The notes under the pieces are model-generated. The model saw only the letters and a program-made list of their open reading frames with translations. It did no database searches and was not told the origin of the DNA. Shown here piece by piece: positions 57,468 to 64,000 of a stretch of 64,000 nt of DNA. Both the position numbers and the translations under genes were made by a program. This DNA is from Betaproteobacteria bacterium (GTDB taxonomy: Bacteria; Pseudomonadota; Gammaproteobacteria; Burkholderiales; JAEUOS01): the NCBI GenBank assembly GCA_028292405.1, contig JAQGMJ010000049.1, forward strand, positions 257,353 to 321,352, given 5' to 3'. Each line of letters begins with the position of its first letter. The first letter of the stretch is position 1.

Positions 57468-59410
57468 GCACAGCGGCCAGCGACAATGCGGCGAGCTATC
57501 TGGTGAAGCCGGCTGACCCGCCCACGTCCGCGCAACCGGAGAAGGTTGAAGCCGCCGCGCCGGAAACGCTGCTGGTCGATGTGCCGCCGCCGGCTTTCGA
57601 CGTCCAGGGGTTCTTGAAGAACTGCCCCAGCCTGCCCGGCGTCTACCGTCACATGAACGCCGCCGGCGAGGTGCTTTACGTCGGCAAGGCGCGCGACCTG
57701 AAAAAGCGCGTCTCTTCCTATTTCCAGAAAACCCAGGCCTCGCCGCGCATCGCCCACATGGTGGGCCAGGTGGCGAAGGTGGAAGTGACGGTGACGCGCT
57801 CGGAGGCCGAGGCGCTGCTGCTGGAAAATAACCTGATCAAGGAGCTGGCGCCGCGCTACAACATCCTGTTCCGCGACGACAAGTCCTACCCCTACCTGAT
57901 GATCACCGGCCACGCCTGGCCGCAGATCCGTTTTTATCGCGGCGGGCTGGACAAGAAAAACCAGTTCTTCGGGCCGTTCCCGAATGCCTGGGCGGTGCGC
58001 GAGAGCATCCAGATCCTGCAAAAGGTTTTCCATCTGCGCACCTGTGACGACACGGTGTTCGCCAATCGCTCGCGCCCTTGCCTGCTGCACCAGATCGACC
58101 GCTGCAGCGCGCCCTGCGTCAAGGCCCTGAGCAATGAGGACTACGCGCGCGACGTGCGCGATGCCGCGCGCTTTCTCTCGGGCAAGTCGCAGGAGGTGCT
58201 GTCCGAACTGCAGGGCAAGATGGAGGCGGCGGCGGCCGAGTTGCGCTTCGAGCAGGCGGCCGCCATTCGCGACCGCATCGGTTCGCTGTCGCGCGTGCTG
58301 CAAAGCCAGTCGGCAGAGACCGGCAACGACACCGATGTGGACATGATCGTGGCACTCACGCGCGGCGGCTACGCCTGCGTCAACCTGGCGATGGTGCGCG
58401 GCGGCCGGCACCTGGGCGACAAGCAATTCTTTCCGCAGCATGTCGAAGACGCCACCCCTGAGGATGTGCTGACGGCCTTCATGGTGCAACATTATCCGGG
58501 GCGCTTCATTCCGCCGACCCTGGTGGTCAACCATGACCTCGAAGACATCGAAGAGCTGGCCGATGCGCTTTCCAGCGACGCCGGGCGCAAGGTGGCGGTG
58601 GTGCGCTTTCCGCAGGAACAGCGCCGCCTCTGGCTGCAAATGGCGGAGAAGGGCGCCGAGCTGGCGCTAGAGCGCCTGCTCTCCGAGCGCGGTACTTCGC
58701 AGGCACGCACGCGGCTGCTGGCTGAGCTGCTGGGGCTGGAAGAGCCGGAGGGCGGCTTCGATAGCCTGCGCATCGAGTGCTTCGACATCAGCCACACCAT
58801 GGGTGAGGCGACCCAGGCTTCCTGCGTGGTGTATCACCATCACAAGATGCAAAACAGCGACTACCGGCGCTTCAACATCAACGGCATCACCCCAGGCGAC
58901 GACTACGCCGCGATGCGCCAGGTGCTGACCCGCCGCTATGAAAAAGTGGCGGGCGGCGAGGGCATCGCGCCGGACCTGATCCTGATCGACGGCGGCAAAG
59001 GGCAAGTGGAAATCGCGCGCCAGGTGCTGGTCGAGGTGGGCCTGGGCTCTCCGTTGCTGGTGGGCGTGGCCAAGGGCGAGGAGCGCAGGCCCGGCCTGGA
59101 AACCCTGGTGTTCACCGACGGCCGCCCCGAGATCAACCTGCCGAAAGACAGCCCGGCGCTGCACCTGATCCAGACCGTGCGCGACGAGGCGCACCGCTTC
59201 GCCATTACCGGGCAACGTGCGAAGCGCGACAAGGCGCGGGTGACGTCAACCCTGGAGGACGTCGACGGCATCGGCCCGAAAAAACGCAAGAGCCTGCTGG
59301 CGCGCTTCGGCGGCATGCAGGGCGTGCGCAACGCCAGCGTCGAGGATCTCGTCGGTGTCGAAGGCATCAGCCGTGAGCTGGCCGAACGTATTTACACACA
59401 GTTGCACTAA
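57464..59410 (+). CDS. uvrC: Excinuclease ABC subunit C
   Basis: GIY-YIG '[29 protein letters not shown]', UVR domain, endonuclease V-like domain and C-terminal HhH. ATGA overlap with the udg stop. Confidence 0.95.
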   Translation: MSTAASDNAASYLVKPADPPTSAQPEKVEAAAPETLLVDVPPPAFDVQGFLKNCPSLPGVYRHMNAAGEVLYVGKARDLKKRVSSYFQKTQASPRIAHMVGQVAKVEVTVTRSEAEALLLENNLIKELAPRYNILFRDDKSYPYLMITGHAWPQIRFYRGGLDKKNQFFGPFPNAWAVRESIQILQKVFHLRTCDDTVFANRSRPCLLHQIDRCSAPCVKALSNEDYARDVRDAARFLSGKSQEVLSELQGKMEAAAAELRFEQAAAIRDRIGSLSRVLQSQSAETGNDTDVDMIVALTRGGYACVNLAMVRGGRHLGDKQFFPQHVEDATPEDVLTAFMVQHYPGRFIPPTLVVNHDLEDIEELADALSSDAGRKVAVVRFPQEQRRLWLQMAEKGAELALERLLSERGTSQARTRLLAELLGLEEPEGGFDSLRIECFDISHTMGEATQASCVVYHHHKMQNSDYRRFNINGITPGDDYAAMRQVLTRRYEKVAGGEGIAPDLILIDGGKGQVEIARQVLVEVGLGSPLLVGVAKGEERRPGLETLVFTDGRPEINLPKDSPALHLIQTVRDEAHRFAITGQRAKRDKARVTSTLEDVDGIGPKKRKSLLARFGGMQGVRNASVEDLVGVEGISRELAERIYTQLH

Positions 59411-59439
59411 CCCTGTACCGAACCGAAGGCCGCACTCTT

Positions 59440-61512
59440 TTGCCCGTCAATTCCGCTGATTTCGACCGCCTGTTCGCCGATGGCGGCGCCTTGTCCGAGG
59501 CGATTCCCGGTTACAAATTCCGCGCCCAGCAGCTCGAGATGTCGCACGCGATTCTCACGGCGATCGAGAGCGGGCGGGTAGCCGTAACCGAGGCCGGCAC
59601 CGGTACCGGCAAGACTGTGGCCTACCTAGTGCCCGCCTTGCTGGCCGGCGGCAAGGTGATCGTCTCCACCGGCACCAAGAACCTGCAGGACCAGTTGTTC
59701 CACCGCGACATTCCCGCGGTGCGCCGTGCTTTGCGGGTGCCGGTGACCGTCTCCCTGCTCAAGGGCCGGGCGAATTACCTCTGCCACTATCACCTGGAAA
59801 AAACCCGCACCTCCGGGCGCCTGCCGACGCGCGAAGACACCCGCTACCTGCGCCTGATCGTCGAGCAGGCCGCCGCCACCGCTTCGGGTGATCGCGCCGA
59901 ATTCGCCGGCGTGCCGGAGAATGCCGGGGTCTGGGGCCAGGTTACCTCGACCCGCGAAAACTGCCTGGGCGCCGACTGCCCGAACTACAAGGAATGCTAC
60001 GTCATGGCCGCGCGCCGCGATGCGCAGCAGGCGGACGTGGTGGTGGTCAATCACCACCTGTTTTTCGCCGACATCATGCTGCGCGGCGAGGGCATGGCCG
60101 AGCTGCTGCCGACCTGCAACACGGTGATCCTCGACGAGGCGCACCAGTTGCCGGAGACCGCGCGGATGTTCTTCGGCCAAACCCTGTCCAGCCACCAGAT
60201 GATGGAACTGGCGCGCGATGCGATGAACGAGGGCCTGGCCGGCGCGCGCGAATCCGCCGACTGGGCGCTCCTGACGCGCGATTTCGAAACCTCGGTGCGC
60301 GACGCCCGCCTGGTGCTGCCGGAAACGCCGCTGCGCATCGCCTACGCGCAGTTGCAAAAGCGCGAAGCGCTCAATCTCGCGCTTGGACGCACGCTGGACC
60401 AGTTGCTGGCGCTCAATCGCTCGCTGGAAGCGCATGCCGAGCGCTCCGAGGGTTTGCAGGCGGTGTGGCGCCGCGCCGCGGAACTGCAGGAGGCCCTGGA
60501 GGGCTGGGTGGCGGCGGGCGCACGCGCGCCGGGCGAGGAAGAGCCGCCCTGGCATGACGAGAATGCGCCGGTGGATGCCGAACCCAACCCGGTGGTGCGC
60601 TGGGTCGAATCAGCCGGGGTCGGCTTTCAGCTGCACCTGACGCCGATGTCGATCGCGCCGGTGTTCCGCGAACAGGTGGAGAGCGAGCAGCGAGCGTGGA
60701 TTTTCACCTCGGCCACCCTGGCGGTGAAAAACGACTTCGCGCATTACCTCGGCGAAATGGGCCTGGACCAGGTCGCAAACGTCACCGCCAAGACCTGGCC
60801 CAGCCCCTTCGACTACGAAACGCAAAGCCTGCTCTATGTGCCCTCGGCGATGCCGGAGCCCTTGTCGCCGGATTTCACCGCCAAGGTGGTGGACCGCGCC
60901 TTGCCGCTGATCGAAGCATGCGGCGGCGGCGTGTTCATGCTGTTCACCACTCTCAAGGCGATGCGCCTGGCGCACGACCTGCTCTCCGACCAGTTGCCGC
61001 GCCGCGGTCTTGAAATGCCCCTCCTGCTGCAGGGCGACGGCTCGCGCACCGAGCTGCTGGAGCGCTTTCGCCAGCACGGCAACGCCATCCTGGTGGCCAG
61101 CCAGTCGTTCTGGGAAGGGGTAGACGTCAAGGGCGAGGCACTGCAACTGGTGGTGATCGACAAGCTGCCCTTCGCGCCGCCGGATGATCCGGTGCTGGCC
61201 GCGCGCATCGACGCGATGAAACGCCAGGGCCGCAACGCCTTCATGGAATACCAGTTGCCGCACGCGGCCATCGCGCTCAAGCAGGGCGCCGGACGCCTGA
61301 TCCGCGACGAGAGCGACCGCGGCGTGCTGATGATCTGCGACAACCGTCTGGTCGAGAAGCCCTATGGCCGCAAGCTCTGGCAGTCCCTGCCGCCGATGCG
61401 CCGCACCCGCATCGAGCAGGAAGCCATCGCGTTTTTCGATGCCGGCTCGCATAAAATGGCGCAGATGGATATAGACGACGAGGCGGTGGCGGAGCCGCCG
61501 CTGGCTGAATAA
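59440..61512 (+). CDS. DinG/Rad3-family ATP-dependent DNA helicase (YoaA-like)
   Basis: Walker A 'EAGTGTGKT', Fe-S cysteines 'CLGADCPNYKECY', 'DEAH' box 'ILDEAHQL', 'SATL', 'QGAGRLIR'. TTG start is uncertain. Confidence 0.85.
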   Translation: MPVNSADFDRLFADGGALSEAIPGYKFRAQQLEMSHAILTAIESGRVAVTEAGTGTGKTVAYLVPALLAGGKVIVSTGTKNLQDQLFHRDIPAVRRALRVPVTVSLLKGRANYLCHYHLEKTRTSGRLPTREDTRYLRLIVEQAAATASGDRAEFAGVPENAGVWGQVTSTRENCLGADCPNYKECYVMAARRDAQQADVVVVNHHLFFADIMLRGEGMAELLPTCNTVILDEAHQLPETARMFFGQTLSSHQMMELARDAMNEGLAGARESADWALLTRDFETSVRDARLVLPETPLRIAYAQLQKREALNLALGRTLDQLLALNRSLEAHAERSEGLQAVWRRAAELQEALEGWVAAGARAPGEEEPPWHDENAPVDAEPNPVVRWVESAGVGFQLHLTPMSIAPVFREQVESEQRAWIFTSATLAVKNDFAHYLGEMGLDQVANVTAKTWPSPFDYETQSLLYVPSAMPEPLSPDFTAKVVDRALPLIEACGGGVFMLFTTLKAMRLAHDLLSDQLPRRGLEMPLLLQGDGSRTELLERFRQHGNAILVASQSFWEGVDVKGEALQLVVIDKLPFAPPDDPVLAARIDAMKRQGRNAFMEYQLPHAAIALKQGAGRLIRDESDRGVLMICDNRLVEKPYGRKLWQSLPPMRRTRIEQEAIAFFDAGSHKMAQMDIDDEAVAEPPLAE

Positions 61513-61629
61513 GACCAAGGGAAGCGCTGAACAAGTCCCGAACACCGGAGGGGCGAGGCCTGCCTCTCTCTAAAATCGGGGGTTGTTAAGGGGCGCAGCC
61601 CGCTTAATCAATATTCCCAAGGAGACAAA

Positions 61630-62616
61630 ATGAAAATTCTGATCACGGGCGGCGGCGGTTTTCTCGGCCAGCGCGTGGCGCGCGAACTGCTGGCGCATGG
61701 CGTGAAAACCGGCGCGGGTGGGGCCAGCGTGCCGGTGAGCGCGATCACCCTGTTCGACATCGCCGAGCCGCCGGCCGGGGTGGCACTGAAAGACCCGAGG
61801 GTGACTTTCGTCACCGGTGAGGTGAGCGACAAGGCGGCGGTCGCGGCTGCCCTGGGCCGCGACACCGGCGGCGTATTCCATTTCGCCGCCGTGGTCAGCG
61901 GCCAGGCGGAAGCGGACTTCGATATCGGCATGCGCGTGAACCTCGACGGCATCCGCAACGTGCTGGAGGCCTGCCGCGCCGCCGGCAACCAGCCGCGCCT
62001 GTTGTTCTCCAGTTCAATCGCCGTGTTCGGCGTGCCCCTGCCCGATGTGGTGAACGACGGCACCACGCCCACGCCGCAGGCGTCCTACGGCGTGCAAAAG
62101 CTGATCGGCGAATGGCTGGTGGCCGACTTCACCCGCAAGGGTTATATCGATGGCCGCGCCGTGCGCATTCCCACCGTCTCGGTGCGCCCGGGCAAGGCCA
62201 ACGCGGCGGCTTCCAGCTTCGCCAGCGCGGTGATCCGCGAGCCGCTGAACGGCATCGATTACGCCTGCCCGGTGTCGGAAAAGACCCTGATGTGGATGTG
62301 CTCGCCGCGCAGGGTGGTGGGCAACCTGATCCGCGCCTTCGAATTGCCGAGCGAAACCTGGGGGCCGATCCGCTCGGTCAACCTGCCGGGGATCACGGTG
62401 TCGGTCACCGAAATGGTGGCTTCGCTGAAAAAGCTCGGCGGCGAGAAGGCGGCGGCGCGCGTCAGCATCCAGGTCGATCCCCGCATCGACGCCATCGTGC
62501 AGACCTGGGCGGCGCGCTTGGAGACGCCGCGCGCCGACAAGATGGGTTTCGTGGCGGATGCGAACATGGACGAAATCGTCGCGCAATACATTGCCGACGA
62601 GGGCATCAAGCTCTAG
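61630..62616 (+). CDS. NAD-dependent epimerase/dehydratase-family (extended SDR) oxidoreductase
   Basis: 'MKILITGGGGFLGQ' Rossmann motif and catalytic 'YGVQK' (YxxxK). ATG follows AAGGAGACAAA. Confidence 0.8.
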   Translation: MKILITGGGGFLGQRVARELLAHGVKTGAGGASVPVSAITLFDIAEPPAGVALKDPRVTFVTGEVSDKAAVAAALGRDTGGVFHFAAVVSGQAEADFDIGMRVNLDGIRNVLEACRAAGNQPRLLFSSSIAVFGVPLPDVVNDGTTPTPQASYGVQKLIGEWLVADFTRKGYIDGRAVRIPTVSVRPGKANAAASSFASAVIREPLNGIDYACPVSEKTLMWMCSPRRVVGNLIRAFELPSETWGPIRSVNLPGITVSVTEMVASLKKLGGEKAAARVSIQVDPRIDAIVQTWAARLETPRADKMGFVADANMDEIVAQYIADEGIKL

Positions 62617-62701
62617 GCGGCTGCCGTCAGGAAATAAAAAAGGGCGCTGTCTGAACTGCACCCCAAAAGTTGGACATCGGTCCAGACTTTGGGGTGTTTT
62701 C

Positions 62702-63229
62702 ATGAGCAAGTATGACGAGCAGTTCAAGCTTAACGTTGTAAAGCAATACCTATCTTGCAAAGCTGGTGCCGAGGCATTGGGGCAACGGCACGGCTTGGCC
62801 AAGTCGCTGGTGCAGCGCTGGGTGGCAAGCTATCGGCAACACGGGTTGGCGGGCTTGCGAAAGAAATCAAGCCAGCACAACACAGCGCAGTTCAAGCTGT
62901 CAGTCCTAAAGCGGATGTGGAAGAAAGAATGGTCGTACACCCACACGGCGACCTGGTTTGACATTCGAAGCGAAGCGGAGGTGGGAAAGTGGGAGCGCCA
63001 GTATCATAGTGGCGGTCTAGATGCCCTGGCGTCGCGCCCCCGTGGACGCCCCAAGAAGATGCCCAACCTTCCTGCTCCCCCGACAGAGGCCTCCTCGCCC
63101 GAGGACGAACGCACCCGCGAGCAGTTACTCAAAGAGAATATAGAGTTGCGCGCGGAGGTGGCGTACCTAAAAAAAGTCGATGCCTTGATTCAGGCAAAGC
63201 GCTCCAAGCTACGGAAAAAGCGCAAGTAG
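62702..63229 (+). CDS. IS3-family transposase OrfA (HTH, leucine zipper)
   Basis: 'MSKYDEQFKLNVVKQYL...' HTH and C-terminal 'LLKENIELRAEVAYLKKVDAL' zipper. Confidence 0.85.
   Translation: MSKYDEQFKLNVVKQYLSCKAGAEALGQRHGLAKSLVQRWVASYRQHGLAGLRKKSSQHNTAQFKLSVLKRMWKKEWSYTHTATWFDIRSEAEVGKWERQYHSGGLDALASRPRGRPKKMPNLPAPPTEASSPEDERTREQLLKENIELRAEVAYLKKVDALIQAKRSKLRKKRK
63169..63176 (+). promoter_or_regulatory. Programmed -1 ribosomal frameshift site (A AAA AAA G)
   Basis: A7G run in the orfA frame 'CTA AAA AAA GTC'. orfB is open in the -1 frame from here to the window end. Confidence 0.6.
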
Positions 63230-64000
63230 TGCTTGAATTGAGGCAGCAGCATCCTCTCGAATCCTTGCTCAAGGCCGCCGGCTTGGCGCGTAGCACCTTC
63301 TATTACCAGCAGAAGACGCTTGCCCTTGGGGATCGCCAGGAGAAGCTGAAAAGGAAGATCCAGGCGGTCTATGCCCGGCACAAAGGCCGTTACGGCTACC
63401 GGCGCGTCACGCTTGAGCTGCGCAAGACGGAGGGAGCCGTCAACCACAAGGCCGTCCAGCGTCTGATGGGGCAATTGCAACTCAAATCATTGGTGCGACC
63501 GAAGAAATATCGCTCCTACAAAGGAGAAGTCGGACGCATGGCGCCTAATCTGCTTAAGCGCCAGTTCGAGGCGCAGTTACCCCAGCAGAAATGGGTAACC
63601 GATGTGACCGAATTCAACGTTAACGGAGAGAAGCTGTACCTGTCGCCAGTGATGGACCTGTACAACGGAGAGATCATCAGCTATCAGACCACCAGGCGGC
63701 CGACCTTCGATCTGGTCAGCAAGATGCTCAAGAAGGCGTTCGGCAAGCTTGATCCGCAAGCGCGTCCGGTGCTGCACTCAGACCAGGGTTGGCAGTATCA
63801 AATGCCAGCCTACAAGCGATTGCTTCAGACCCATGCCGTCACTCAGAGTATGTCGCGCAAGGGGAACTGCCTGGACAATGCAGCGATGGAGAGCTTCTTT
63901 GGGACGCTTAAGGCCGAGTTCTTTTACCTGAACAAATTTACCTGCTTGGACCAGTTACAGAGGGGGTTGGCCCGGTACATCCACTACTATAATCATCGCC
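63169..64000 (+). CDS. IS3-family transposase OrfB (DDE integrase domain; expressed as an OrfAB fusion; 3' partial)
   Basis: The -1 frame has no stop through 64000. 'QKWVTDVTEF', 'VLHSDQGWQY', 'SRKGNCLDNAAMESFF' form the DDE triad context. Absent from the ORF track because it has no own start codon and no stop in the window. Confidence 0.8.

Larger units (their letters stand above)
62642..64000 (+). mobile_element. IS3-family insertion sequence (left end present; right end beyond the window)
   Basis: IRL-like TGAACTGCACCCCAAAAGTTGGAC at 62642, orfA/orfB arrangement with an A7G slippery site, DDE motifs in orfB. Confidence 0.85.

Overview
High-GC chromosomal segment that looks betaproteobacterial (Burkholderiales-like; this is inferred from gene content and synteny, not from a search). 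Most of it is conserved housekeeping: thrS-infC-rpmI-rplT-pheS-pheT-ihfA-merR (minus strand, 7.4-15.4 kb), relA, queF, smc-zipA-ligA-galU-hpt, def, udg-uvrC, a DinG-family helicase, tRNA-Ser(CGA) and tRNA-Val(GAC). There are also a three-gene two-component cluster, a sulfite dehydrogenase pair, an MCP, and a Bug/cupin/Bug/FAH catabolic cluster. The main accessory region is a clearly lower-GC island (about 15.45-19.0 kb) between the thrS leader and a TfdA/TauD-like dioxygenase. It holds an apparently complete retron on the minus strand: sigma70-like promoter, msr/msd ncRNA with a1/a2 repeats and a 28-bp msd hairpin, a 311-aa NDT-like effector, and a 317-aa YADD reverse transcriptase. The retron is bracketed by a perfect 14-bp direct repeat. 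A convergent orphan membrane/coiled-coil gene sits beside it. Other unexplained structure: strongly G3-biased codon usage in thrS with a terminator-like hairpin in its leader; infC with an ATA start and a repetitive C-terminal extension; a higher-order tandem repeat array of about 555 bp (alternating 101/127-bp units) just upstream of three uncharacterised genes; two unrelated palindromic elements of about 165 bp; a secreted protein with a recent internal 138-aa duplication; and an IS3-family element with an A7G frameshift site, cut by the window end. All family calls come from motifs read by eye; no database search was possible.
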